From an uncultured virus (IMG/VR IMGVR_UViG_3300038954_000199) (taxonomy: Duplodnaviria > Heunggongvirae > Uroviricota > Caudoviricetes), in IMG/VR virus record IMGVR_UViG_3300038954_000199: a stretch of 56,393 bases of DNA. One strand, written 5' to 3'. This document shows positions 39,152 through 48,652 of the stretch, in pieces. Position numbers and translations under genes: made by a program. Under the pieces are notes generated by a model. The model was given only the letters and a program-made list of their open reading frames with translations, did no database searches and had not been told where the DNA came from. How positions within the stretch are numbered: position 1 is the first letter of the stretch; the number at the start of each line of letters is the position of its first letter.

Positions 39152-40535
39152 TGTTTACTCCTGTATTTATATTTACGATACTGTTCATAACTTCCGGATA
39201 CCCTTGAATTGCTTTATCTAAATCACAAGATAAAATATAATAGGTATTAACAACTAAAGAAGGATCTGTTACAAGGTCTATGAGTGTTCCTTTGTTATTT
39301 TTTATTGTTACTCTGCTAAAATATCGATCAGACTGTGCAATACTTCCTTTACAGACATCTTTAAATGCGTATACTTTAGTATGATCCAAAGATTGTGGTG
39401 CATTCTGTATTTCTTTTGGTTCAGTCTTAGATTCCATCTTAGGTTCTTTTTTAGACTTCTTTGTTCTTGTTTGGGTTTTAAAATTATTTACCGAGGCTAT
39501 TAATTTTATTGTTATAAGGTCAATGGTTAATGAATACTCCATAGGATATTCTTTTATAAATTTTAATTGATCATAGAAAAACTCTATCCATGGCGCAATA
39601 TTATTTCCTATTTTTTCTTTTTGTGATTTAAGTAATTTTTTTAGATTAGCATCTTTAATTTTAAAATCCATAACCATATTACGAAGATGTTCTAACAATG
39701 CTGTTAGTATTTGTTCTGGTCCTACTCCTAATCTCATCCAACCCTTAGTCATATTTGACGCATTATTTATATTACCTTCTAAAACACTATTAAAATAAGT
39801 CATAACTGTATTAGGGTCAACTGTTTGATATATAGTTTTTATCTGTTCGGTTGTAATGTTGCCTGATCGTATAAAACCTTCAAGAATTGATTGTGCATCT
39901 CGTAGACTTCCAAAAGCGTTTTTTGTTATTAGTTGTACCGCTTCATCTTCAATTTCTACATTTTCAGACGAACATATCTCCTGTATCATATTGGTAATAA
40001 CTTTATCCGATACTCCAGGAAATTGCATGTGTACGCATCGACTTTTAATAGTAGCAATTACTTTTTGAATCTCAGTAGTACAGAATATAAACAAGATGTT
40101 TTTAGGAGGCTCTTCAATTGTTTTTAATGCTGCTTGCCACGCTTGTTTTGTTAATGCATGACACTCATCTATAACAATTACTTTATAATTGCCATCAGGA
40201 ACAACGTAAGCAATTGTTCCCATAAGCTCTCTAATATCATCTACCTTCCCACTTCTTGCACCATCTAATTCTAATAAATAATTTGAATTGTCTTCTAAGA
40301 TAGCGCGACATTCTAAACACTCACCACAAGGTTCAATATCATCTTTTTTTTGGCAATTAAGTGACATTGCTAATAATCTAGCACAAGTGGTTTTTCCACT
40401 ACCCTGTAAGCCGGAAAATAAATATGCAGGAGGTATAATTTTAGATTTAAGAGCCGATGTTATATTAGAGACGGCGGTAGCCTGTCCTCTAACTTCCGAA
40501 AACTTTGTTGGGCGAAATTTCTTTGTTATATTCAT
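39144..40535 (-). CDS. dnaX: DNA polymerase III gamma/tau-like clamp loader
   Basis: KFRPTKFSEVRGQ, AYLFSGLQGSGKTT, C...PCGECLEC zinc module, VIDECH, TIKSRC, GSLRDA. Confidence 0.95.
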   Translation of the reverse strand: MNITKKFRPTKFSEVRGQATAVSNITSALKSKIIPPAYLFSGLQGSGKTTCARLLAMSLNCQKKDDIEPCGECLECRAILEDNSNYLLELDGARSGKVDDIRELMGTIAYVVPDGNYKVIVIDECHALTKQAWQAALKTIEEPPKNILFIFCTTEIQKVIATIKSRCVHMQFPGVSDKVITNMIQEICSSENVEIEDEAVQLITKNAFGSLRDAQSILEGFIRSGNITTEQIKTIYQTVDPNTVMTYFNSVLEGNINNASNMTKGWMRLGVGPEQILTALLEHLRNMVMDFKIKDANLKKLLKSQKEKIGNNIAPWIEFFYDQLKFIKEYPMEYSLTIDLITIKLIASVNNFKTQTRTKKSKKEPKMESKTEPKEIQNAPQSLDHTKVYAFKDVCKGSIAQSDRYFSRVTIKNNKGTLIDLVTDPSLVVNTYYILSCDLDKAIQGYPEVMNSIVNINTGVNND

Positions 40536-40539
40536 AAAA

Positions 40540-40737
40540 TTAAGTTTTATTAGCTAAATAAATAATATAGTTCCTAATTCGTTTTTCAGTATCATGTATA
40601 ATATCAAGTTTTTTATTGTTGTAGTAAACAGGATTTGGATAATTTCTATCACTTGAAGGACAATATGGACCAGCTTCCGCATCATCCAATTGCTCTACCA
40701 TGTCTTCTAAAATTCCATATAGATCATCACTCTTCAT
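40540..40737 (-). CDS. Hypothetical protein (65 aa)
   Basis: A GGAGG SD at 40747-40743 favours ATG 40737 over the listed 40806 start. Confidence 0.5.
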   Translation of the reverse strand: MKSDDLYGILEDMVEQLDDAEAGPYCPSSDRNYPNPVYYNNKKLDIIHDTEKRIRNYIIYLANKT

Positions 40738-41809
40738 TTGATCCTCCAACAAAAACTTTTTTAATTTCCTCATTTTCATCCACGAATTTATTGAATGCCT
40801 CAGCACCGTGAATTTTGTCGTCTGGAAGAAGTCGTGATTTTATCCAACCTCCCGCTTTGTGTGCAAGACCTTTTTCAATGGCAATAGTAAGGTAATCAGT
40901 AATTCCAACTTGGTCAATTCCACCTTTGAAGTTAAGTAATAGCTCACAACTTTTTTTAGGAGGGGCTACCTTGTTCTTATCGGAAGTAACCTGAACCTTT
41001 TGATGTGTAATATTATTTCCCTTTCCTTCAAATCCTCGCCTTTTAACCATTAATTGTATACAAGAATGGAAATCTAAGGATACACCTCCAACAGAATACC
41101 ATTCCAAAATAGGACGTGCTCCTACCATTTTTGTACGTTGCTTAGCATGATTAATACACAGTATGGTAGTAGGTGTATGACGTAACTTAATATGCCGGGA
41201 ATCCTTTGATAACTTTCCCTGACTATTTTTAGGCGGGTAGAAGAATCCATCTGTTAGGGAATCAAAAAAGCCTGTTAGAAAAGAAGCGCGGGCAAGATTA
41301 TCTTTCATTGTTCGGTCTTCTATGTTTTTTTCTTTGACAGACTTTGGTTGAGTAACAGCAACGGAATCAATAATAATAATTTCTGGAGGATATTTACTAG
41401 CTAAATCAGCATGTATCTGATCTGCCATGTTTTCTGATCCCCACACCTCTGGAAGAAATACTCTGGATAGATCTAAACCCATAGACTCACCCCAGGTATC
41501 CGTCCAAGAAGATTCTAAATCATAAATCTTTACAATAGCATCTTCCTGTTGTTTTTGAACCGCAGCAGCAAGATGTAGAGCCAACGCCGTCTTTCCTGAA
41601 CTTTTAATACCATACAACTCAACAATCCTGCCTTTTGGTAATCCTCCGATACCCAAAACAGTATTATCGAATATATCAAGACCTGTTGAATAATATTCTA
41701 CTGGTTCGTTGGTAGAAGCAACACGACCGCCATCTGGCCTATCCGCTGTTCCTCCATATTTCTTCATTATTTTTGCTTGCTCTGCCAATTTTTCTGATAA
41801 GTTTGCCAT
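40727..41809 (-). CDS. recA: RecA/UvsX recombinase
   Basis: STG...LGIGGLPKGRIVELYG..SSGKT, IIIDSVA, GG.SLDF, KNKVAPP. Confidence 0.95.
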   Translation of the reverse strand: MANLSEKLAEQAKIMKKYGGTADRPDGGRVASTNEPVEYYSTGLDIFDNTVLGIGGLPKGRIVELYGIKSSGKTALALHLAAAVQKQQEDAIVKIYDLESSWTDTWGESMGLDLSRVFLPEVWGSENMADQIHADLASKYPPEIIIIDSVAVTQPKSVKEKNIEDRTMKDNLARASFLTGFFDSLTDGFFYPPKNSQGKLSKDSRHIKLRHTPTTILCINHAKQRTKMVGARPILEWYSVGGVSLDFHSCIQLMVKRRGFEGKGNNITHQKVQVTSDKNKVAPPKKSCELLLNFKGGIDQVGITDYLTIAIEKGLAHKAGGWIKSRLLPDDKIHGAEAFNKFVDENEEIKKVFVGGSNEE

Positions 41810-41833
41810 GGTAAATCCTCGTTTTGATGTTAC

Positions 41834-41859
41834 AAAGAAAGGGGGGATAATTCCCCCCT
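41834..41859 (-). terminator. Intrinsic terminator/attenuator between SSB-like gene and recA
   Basis: AGGGGGGA/TCCCCCCT stem followed by a U-rich TTCTTT run on the - strand. Confidence 0.75.
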
Positions 41860-41862
41860 AAC

Positions 41863-43071
41863 TTACCAAAGGTTTGGTTTCTTCAGCGTCTGCTGTTCTT
41901 CGGGTTGTTCTGGAGCCTGTTGCGGGGCCTGCTGTTTAGGCTGTGCAACCAAGTTTGTTTGTCCCGTAGCAGTACTTACATTACTTTCTGGTCTTGTAAT
42001 GGGTACCTCCTGTGCTGATTGAGGAACACCCTGATTCTGCACTGGGGGGTGCTGTTGAGGAGATTGTTGGGCCTGTTGCTGGGGAGCCTGTTGCACCGGT
42101 GCCTGCTGTTGCGGAGGAGCCTGTTGTACTGGAGCCTGCTGTTGAGGATAAGGGTTTTCTTGAGGTACGGGGTTCGATTGAGGTATTGCTTGCATTTGAT
42201 TAGGGCTTGGTACGCATGTATTTAACCCCTGTGTTTGTATATGACTATTTAACGCCTCAAAATCTTCCTTATCATTAAAAAATAAAAAGACGGAAGGATT
42301 ATTTTTTTCTCTTCGAGACAAATCCAGGGGATTTTCCTCCATAATCTTTTTAAGTTCTTCTATACTAACGGGTTTATCAATAGATTCTAGTTCCCAATCG
42401 GTACTTTGTATGATTGCTAAATCTTGTGCCGAAAAGAATTGTTCTGGATTTGGAACCGGATTATTTTCGACATCCAAGTAATCAACCGAGATTTTACCTT
42501 GAACTTGACTTTCAATTGGCGAGACCGAGTACTCAGGATAACCCGTTTTATCGTTTGTTCCTTTTGTAATGCTAACATCATACATATACTGTAGTCCATT
42601 AAACAGCATACCTGGAGTTGTAGGATGAGGTTGCGTAGATATTTTTTTAATATCATTTTGAATGGAATAATTAGCTTCCAAAATGATTATTTTACCGGCA
42701 TCCAAGTTTCGGGATCCTACTTGCAGTGTTCGGGGGATTACTGCAAAGTCATACCGATTTTGTTTCTTTATTAGTGACCTGGCCCGACTTTCATCTGCAT
42801 TACGCATTTTTAAATGTTTTTTCTTAAGCGCAACATCAACTTGTGCTAATTCATCTAACGGTGTTCTTGAGTCTTTGTCAACTGTGACTAGTTTCCACGA
42901 GGGTTTCATCATCTTAGTGTTTTGGTCTTCAACCATAGTTGGCCAAATATGGAAGTGACGGTTGATAGGTCCGGAAACAATCCTACATACAAATGTTCCT
43001 CCCATTGGAATATCTTTTGGGCGGATTCTTTGTACGAACGATGTGTTAACTTTGTTCTGGCCGATTTTCAT
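41863..43071 (-). CDS. Putative ssDNA-binding protein (gp32-like) with Gln/Pro-rich tail
   Basis: AAGGAG SD; YDVSITKG...PEYSVSP motif; lies between a UvsY-like gene and recA; long QAP/QQP tail. Confidence 0.6.
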   Translation of the reverse strand: MKIGQNKVNTSFVQRIRPKDIPMGGTFVCRIVSGPINRHFHIWPTMVEDQNTKMMKPSWKLVTVDKDSRTPLDELAQVDVALKKKHLKMRNADESRARSLIKKQNRYDFAVIPRTLQVGSRNLDAGKIIILEANYSIQNDIKKISTQPHPTTPGMLFNGLQYMYDVSITKGTNDKTGYPEYSVSPIESQVQGKISVDYLDVENNPVPNPEQFFSAQDLAIIQSTDWELESIDKPVSIEELKKIMEENPLDLSRREKNNPSVFLFFNDKEDFEALNSHIQTQGLNTCVPSPNQMQAIPQSNPVPQENPYPQQQAPVQQAPPQQQAPVQQAPQQQAQQSPQQHPPVQNQGVPQSAQEVPITRPESNVSTATGQTNLVAQPKQQAPQQAPEQPEEQQTLKKPNLW

Positions 43072-43092
43072 GAAGGGCTCCTTTTTAAATGG

Positions 43093-43821
43093 TTAAACTG
43101 CATCACTTTTTGGAGAAATGTTATCTGTTACTCTACGAAGAAGTGTTTGTAGATGCATTCCGCGATCTTTTAATGTGTCTCTCAATTCTAAAAAGACTTT
43201 TTCATTTTCTTCCCAATCTGAAATAAGTTCTAAGTTACTTTTGTATTCTGCTTGATAATTAGTTATAATGTGATCTTCAATTTCTTGTAATGTTATTTGT
43301 CCTAAATCTTTTCTTAACCTTGCATTTTTATCTGCTATTCTTTCTGCACGCAATGAATCCCGAGCTTCTTTCCGTTTTTCTGATAACCATAATTCATGAT
43401 ATGCTTTCCACTTTCTGTATTCTCTGTGTGCGGCAATATAAGCACAAAAACAGGTCATCCTATATGCCGCACACATTTCTAAAGCTCGTTTTAATTGTGT
43501 TTCTGAAAAGTCAGCTAAATCTTCTTCTTTGTTAATTCTTATTAATGTGTCACATAATACTTGAAATCTTCTACCATTCAAAATTAAATCAAAGTTAAAT
43601 AATTCTTTAGGAGGTTTAGGATCTGGATTATGATCATTATTACACATTGCATTACCGTATTTAGATGCTATTTTAGGAAAAGTTATGCCTTGATTAGTAA
43701 ATTGTTGATTCATCCAATGTTCTTGAAATTTGTTATCAAAGTCATTTAAAGCTTCTCGACGTTCTTTTGGAGTCAGGTCATTTAAATTTTTAGTGCTACT
43801 GGTATTTTGTTTTATTTTCAT
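43093..43821 (-). CDS. UvsY-like recombination mediator (putative)
   Basis: C-terminal long helices (ITLQEIEDHI...LKDRGMHLQTL) and position next to SSB-like and recA genes. Confidence 0.45.
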   Translation of the reverse strand: MKIKQNTSSTKNLNDLTPKERREALNDFDNKFQEHWMNQQFTNQGITFPKIASKYGNAMCNNDHNPDPKPPKELFNFDLILNGRRFQVLCDTLIRINKEEDLADFSETQLKRALEMCAAYRMTCFCAYIAAHREYRKWKAYHELWLSEKRKEARDSLRAERIADKNARLRKDLGQITLQEIEDHIITNYQAEYKSNLELISDWEENEKVFLELRDTLKDRGMHLQTLLRRVTDNISPKSDAV

Positions 43822-43883
43822 AAATTTAATAAAAGGTTAGTTAAAAGTTTTAAGATTTGATAAAAAGGTAAAATAATTCAAAA

Positions 43884-44843
43884 TTAATTTTCTCTAAGGG
43901 TACTAATAATACTGGTCGATTGTTTTAATAAATTAAAGTAGTCCAATTTTGTTTTTTTGTGTTTTGTAAAGTAGTCTACATTATCTTCTTTATCCCCCAT
44001 AAAAAAAGGCCAGTTAATTAAAAATACGTTTATGTTTTCTTCCCACAATTTTTTTCCTACATTAATTGACGCAAATCTACCCACAGAATCGTTATCATAT
44101 GCGAGGTAAACAATTTTTTTGTGAAATTCTTTATTAAACTCATCCAGCCACCCATTTGCTCCGGATGTTTGTGTTATACCGTTTATACCATGTTGTTGTA
44201 AAATAATAGCATCTAATTCCCCTTCTACCAAGACAACATAGTTTTTATTTAATGCGTCCCACGGAAATAACTGAGTTACTGCTCCTTCTGTTTGGTATTT
44301 TTTATGAAATTTTAATGAAACAAACTTTCCGTTCTTATTGTATATTGGAATAGTAATTGCGCCTTTTAAATAACCTATTTTATATTTTTTAATTGTTTCT
44401 ATTGTTAATCCCCGGTCTTTAGTCAGCTTTTGTATTGCAAATGGTTGCCGGAATAAAAATTCGTGGGCAGTATCCACTCGGGATTCCTCAACAGCCATAT
44501 CCAATTCTGACATATGTTTTTCTTCATATTTGCTTAGTCTATTAAGATGTTCTCCTTGAGCATTTGGAACAAAATTAAATGTATATCCCTGTTTATTTTT
44601 TTGAACTATAAATTCCTCTGGACCTCCCTTTGCTCCACAGGCAAAGCATTTATAATGTCCTGATATAATGTTAATACTTAAATTAGGTGTTTTGTGATCT
44701 TCGTGAAATGGGCAGAATGCCTTATACCAGGGAAATTTTCTTTTCTTAACATTTCCCAATATTTTTGTATAAAACAACAGGTAATCCTCTCTAGGATTAT
44801 ACTCTTGTTCTATTATATTCATTCCTATTTTCACAGAGTTCAC
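43884..44843 (-). CDS. dnaG: DNA primase (CHC2 zinc finger + TOPRIM)
   Basis: CPFHEDHKTPN...YKCFACGAKG; LVEGELDAI; AYDNDSVG. Confidence 0.93.
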   Translation of the reverse strand: MNSVKIGMNIIEQEYNPREDYLLFYTKILGNVKKRKFPWYKAFCPFHEDHKTPNLSINIISGHYKCFACGAKGGPEEFIVQKNKQGYTFNFVPNAQGEHLNRLSKYEEKHMSELDMAVEESRVDTAHEFLFRQPFAIQKLTKDRGLTIETIKKYKIGYLKGAITIPIYNKNGKFVSLKFHKKYQTEGAVTQLFPWDALNKNYVVLVEGELDAIILQQHGINGITQTSGANGWLDEFNKEFHKKIVYLAYDNDSVGRFASINVGKKLWEENINVFLINWPFFMGDKEDNVDYFTKHKKTKLDYFNLLKQSTSIISTLREN

Positions 44844-47020
44844 TTCATTCCTTTAGTTTTGACATATTCTATATGACCTAGTCGAGCAATATCTTTTACG
44901 GCGGATTTCACATCTGACCATTTTTTATCGGTCATTGCTTTATGTCCCATATTTTGTGCCATAATAAGATCTTTGCAATTATATATTCTACGACCTATTA
45001 AATCTAACGTTGTTACTTTACCAACACCTGGAATAAGTAACAATTCCAATCCTTTATTTCCTAAACCATATTTTAATCGTGTTGGTAGCTCATAAATAAT
45101 ATCTGTGTTTTTCCCATTAAAATACCCGCCCATTTTTGCAAGCAGAACTATTGCTTGTGCTATACGTTCCGAATCAAATCGGTATTTTGATATAACTGCT
45201 CGAACCTCTGGTTTATTACGTTGTATAATATTGTCTTTACCTCTAAGCATATTGTAAATAGCATAAGCATGTTTCATAACACCTTTTTTCATTGGAAGAT
45301 TTTTTTCAGGAATACCATAAGACAGCTCTACCTCTTCTTCCTTCGTAAGATTAATACCCCAATCACTGGAATTTATAACCGTGTTTGCAAGAGCCCAAGA
45401 AATTTGAGATTCTGTTGGAGGTTTGTCACTTAAGACCTTTTTTAGGTTAGATACCCATCGGGCAATATCAAAGGGATTAATATAAAACCAACTGGATATA
45501 CGTGCAATAGTTGTGGGGCGATATAACTTAGATAAATCTTGAGTTAACGCACCACATTTAACAAGTTTTTCCAAAACATACAAAACAGTCTCTTCAAGCT
45601 TATCAATAGGCATCTCCTCAGCCGACCATGCTTGATGATACGCTAATGATCTTTCAAACCATTTAATTGCTGTTTCTTTATATGTAACATTCCCCTCAAC
45701 AATTTCTGATACAAGATGAAAGGATAAAGACGCTATATCGTTTATCTGAGAAGTAATACGTGGAACCTTTTTACAAAAATTTATCTCTTCCGATCTATTA
45801 TTTTTTGATATTAGTATGTGGGCATCACCTTTATCATCTAACCCAACTCTACCGGCTCGACCGGCCATTTGGATAATGTCAAGTGCTAAGACTAACTCTC
45901 TACCTCTATGCATACCTACAATTAATACTCTGCGAGCGGGTGTATTGATACCCCATGCTAATGATGATGTTGATACTAAAACACGAAGAGATCCGGGCTC
46001 TCTACTCTTAAAGGATTCTTCTATATTAGCTCTTTCGGTTCTGTTTAGATCTGCATTATGAAATTTTGCAGGGATTTTTGCATCATTAAGTTCTTTTAGT
46101 ATCTTTCTTCCTGTTTTTTTACTATGTACAAAAACAATAAATTTATCTTTGTGGTATCGTTGTACAATAGATATAGTTTTTGTTATTTTGTTTTTTTCTG
46201 TTTCATTATAAAATCTACCCTGATTATAATATTCATAGTTCCAATTTAGGTCAACTGGTCGGTAATCACTTTTTATAACAGTAGTCTGTTTTGTATTAAG
46301 CTTAGTTAACCACTCTCCTAGATTTCGTACATTGGGCATAGTCGCCGATAAAAACACAACTCGACATTTTGGATTTACGGCTGTAAATTTCATCAAAGCC
46401 ACTTCCAAATTACTACCTCTTTCAGGTACCGTTAATAAATGACTTTCATCTACAACAATAGTTCTAATATTGTGTAACCATTTATTAATCTCTCTATTAT
46501 TCCGTCTTATACGGCTACCAAGCATTTCCGAAGACATGCAAATAATTTCTGCCTTTGACAGTTCTTTTTTACGTTCTTCAGTTAACATGTAATCACCAGT
46601 AAGAATACTTAGGTTATACTTTGAAAAAGTATGTGAAGGGTTCGTCCAATCCTGCTGCTTTTCAGATGCTAATGCTTTTAACGGAGATATATACGCTACA
46701 ATAGCGTGGGGGTCTGTTTTTCTCTGTTCTTCCAAAACATATGAAAAGATTGTTTCTGCGATAACGGTTTTCCCAGCAGAGGTTTTACCACAAACAATAA
46801 CATTGTTATCTTTTTCTATCTCGGGTAAAAACGAGGATTGCATGGGATTAAAATATTCAAAAGGAAAAGACATATATGGAAAGTTATCGGACCGTACGCA
46901 CTCTTCCTGTTTTGCATTTGGAGGTAATCCAGTAAATTTATATTGTGGGGTCGGTTTAGTGTTTGTAATTGTAGATTGTTCTGTAATGTTTTCTGGAGAA
47001 GCCATAACACCTATTTTCAT
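44840..47020 (-). CDS. Ski2/Hel308-like superfamily 2 helicase
   Basis: FNPMQ, TSAGKT, SPLKALASEK, VVDESH, LSATMPN, RPVDL, STSSLAWGINTPA, QMAGRAGR; C-terminal HhH IPGVGK. Confidence 0.93.
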   Translation of the reverse strand: MKIGVMASPENITEQSTITNTKPTPQYKFTGLPPNAKQEECVRSDNFPYMSFPFEYFNPMQSSFLPEIEKDNNVIVCGKTSAGKTVIAETIFSYVLEEQRKTDPHAIVAYISPLKALASEKQQDWTNPSHTFSKYNLSILTGDYMLTEERKKELSKAEIICMSSEMLGSRIRRNNREINKWLHNIRTIVVDESHLLTVPERGSNLEVALMKFTAVNPKCRVVFLSATMPNVRNLGEWLTKLNTKQTTVIKSDYRPVDLNWNYEYYNQGRFYNETEKNKITKTISIVQRYHKDKFIVFVHSKKTGRKILKELNDAKIPAKFHNADLNRTERANIEESFKSREPGSLRVLVSTSSLAWGINTPARRVLIVGMHRGRELVLALDIIQMAGRAGRVGLDDKGDAHILISKNNRSEEINFCKKVPRITSQINDIASLSFHLVSEIVEGNVTYKETAIKWFERSLAYHQAWSAEEMPIDKLEETVLYVLEKLVKCGALTQDLSKLYRPTTIARISSWFYINPFDIARWVSNLKKVLSDKPPTESQISWALANTVINSSDWGINLTKEEEVELSYGIPEKNLPMKKGVMKHAYAIYNMLRGKDNIIQRNKPEVRAVISKYRFDSERIAQAIVLLAKMGGYFNGKNTDIIYELPTRLKYGLGNKGLELLLIPGVGKVTTLDLIGRRIYNCKDLIMAQNMGHKAMTDKKWSDVKSAVKDIARLGHIEYVKTKGMK

Positions 47021-47055
47021 AAAAAATCCTCATGATTAAAAATCAATGCGAAACT

Positions 47056-47084
47056 AATATAAAGATATTTTAAAAAAATGTCAA
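47056..47084 (-). promoter_or_regulatory. Consensus sigma70 promoter for the helicase/primase operon
   Basis: TTGACA-17 nt-TATATT, followed by a GAGGA SD before ATG 47020. Confidence 0.75.
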
Positions 47085-47335
47085 CCCCTTTTTATTTTTT
47101 CCTTTATAATTTCTTTAAGTCTTTCGAATATTATATCATGTTTATTACCAGAAACAAATAATTGTCCATCTACGAGTATTCGTACTTCTCTGTTGTATCC
47201 TTTATTGCCTTGATTATCAATTAACTCGTAGGTAACGGCACCATCTGTTTCGGACAGCAATCCTACTAATTCAAGTAACATTTTTTTAACACTAAATGTC
47301 ATGTGATCTGCATACTTTACAATTGTCTTACTCAT
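47081..47335 (-). CDS. Hypothetical protein
   Basis: 84 aa ORF with AAAGGA SD. Confidence 0.65.
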   Translation of the reverse strand: MSKTIVKYADHMTFSVKKMLLELVGLLSETDGAVTYELIDNQGNKGYNREVRILVDGQLFVSGNKHDIIFERLKEIIKEKIKRG

Positions 47336-47336
47336 A

Positions 47337-48644
47337 TTATGTCCTTTCTTTTTCTCCCATAGGAGTAATTAGTAAAGTTTGTTTATGGGTAATTAAAAAT
47401 TGGTATATTGTTCCTTTTACGCCGTCTCGTTGTTTTGCTATTTCTATATCTAACACATTATCATTGAGGTCTCTATTATAGTACCCTTCTCTATACAACA
47501 TGAGGATCAAATCTGCATCCTGTTCAAAATGACCACTTTCTCTCAAATCCCCCAAGGTAGGTCGTTTATCAGATCGGTTTTCTGGACCTCGGTTAATTTG
47601 TACTAATAAGCAAACATGTATTTGTTCTTCTTCTGCTATCCTTTCAATCTCTCCAAGTTTTTTTGCAATATTAGCGACTCTATCCCGTGGAACATTAACA
47701 TCCGTTAGTCGATCAAACAAATCAACAAATACAATGTCTGGAGTAAGTCCTGCTCTTTTAACTCTTCTTATTGCCCGTTTTATATCTGCTACAGACGTAT
47801 CCCGTGATGGTACACAAGCATAGTTCCATTCTTTAACTATTTTTTCAGTGTTCTCTTTTAAAATACTTATATTCGGATCATTTATATCCATCTCTCTAAT
47901 TCTAACTATGTCATTTAAGGATATACCCGTCATAATGGAATCAATACGATCATGCTCAGAAGTAAGACCTTGTTCCGGACAAACGTTTATAACACCTATG
48001 TCATTTGAACACATATTAATTATGATATTTGTCTTGAAAAAAGACTTTCCCATTGATGTCCGTCCTGCAATGACAGATAATTTTCCAGGTGCAAATCCTA
48101 CAGATAAAAATTGATCGAAGTCCGGCCATCCAGAATACACACCTTTTGAATAATACCGTTCTTTTAAACCCTTCTGACGACGTTCTAATAATTCGGATGG
48201 CAATACGACATCGAGTTTATTCGTATCCGGATCTACGTGCATCAAACTATCTTCAATGTTATCTATAAGTTCATCTGCATTTATCTCTTCATTGTTAATA
48301 TTTGACAGTGTGTTTTGGATAACAGAATTCAGGCGACGTCTTTTACCCAAATCAATTACTTTTTTTATTGAGTACTCAACATCGGGGTAGACTTCAAAGG
48401 GTTGTTTATATAAGGCATCTAAATATTGTAGATGATTCTCTGAAGCGTTTGATATAACATTCCTCACAGATGCAAAATTAACAGACGTTGTGCCGTTTAA
48501 TACAAAGTTTTTTATAATTTCAAAAACTTGTTTTTTAAACGGATGCGAAAAATTGTTACTAGAACAATTATCTATTATATAGTCTACAGAGTCATTTTTT
48601 AATAAATGTAATAATAGGGAGTCTTCGCCGTCTTGGTATATCAA
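47337..48644 (-). CDS. dnaB: Replicative DnaB-like helicase
   Basis: IAGRTSMGKS, VFVD, QINRGPENRSDKRPTLGDLRESGHFEQDADLILMLYR, IAKQRDG. Confidence 0.96.
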   Translation of the reverse strand: MIYQDGEDSLLLHLLKNDSVDYIIDNCSSNNFSHPFKKQVFEIIKNFVLNGTTSVNFASVRNVISNASENHLQYLDALYKQPFEVYPDVEYSIKKVIDLGKRRRLNSVIQNTLSNINNEEINADELIDNIEDSLMHVDPDTNKLDVVLPSELLERRQKGLKERYYSKGVYSGWPDFDQFLSVGFAPGKLSVIAGRTSMGKSFFKTNIIINMCSNDIGVINVCPEQGLTSEHDRIDSIMTGISLNDIVRIREMDINDPNISILKENTEKIVKEWNYACVPSRDTSVADIKRAIRRVKRAGLTPDIVFVDLFDRLTDVNVPRDRVANIAKKLGEIERIAEEEQIHVCLLVQINRGPENRSDKRPTLGDLRESGHFEQDADLILMLYREGYYNRDLNDNVLDIEIAKQRDGVKGTIYQFLITHKQTLLITPMGEKERT

Positions 48645-48652
48645 TCTGATCC

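Noticed and set aside
35471..48644. Inteins or introns in polymerase, RecA, DnaB or helicase
   Set aside because: Protein lengths are normal, motifs are contiguous and no splice-junction signatures are evident.
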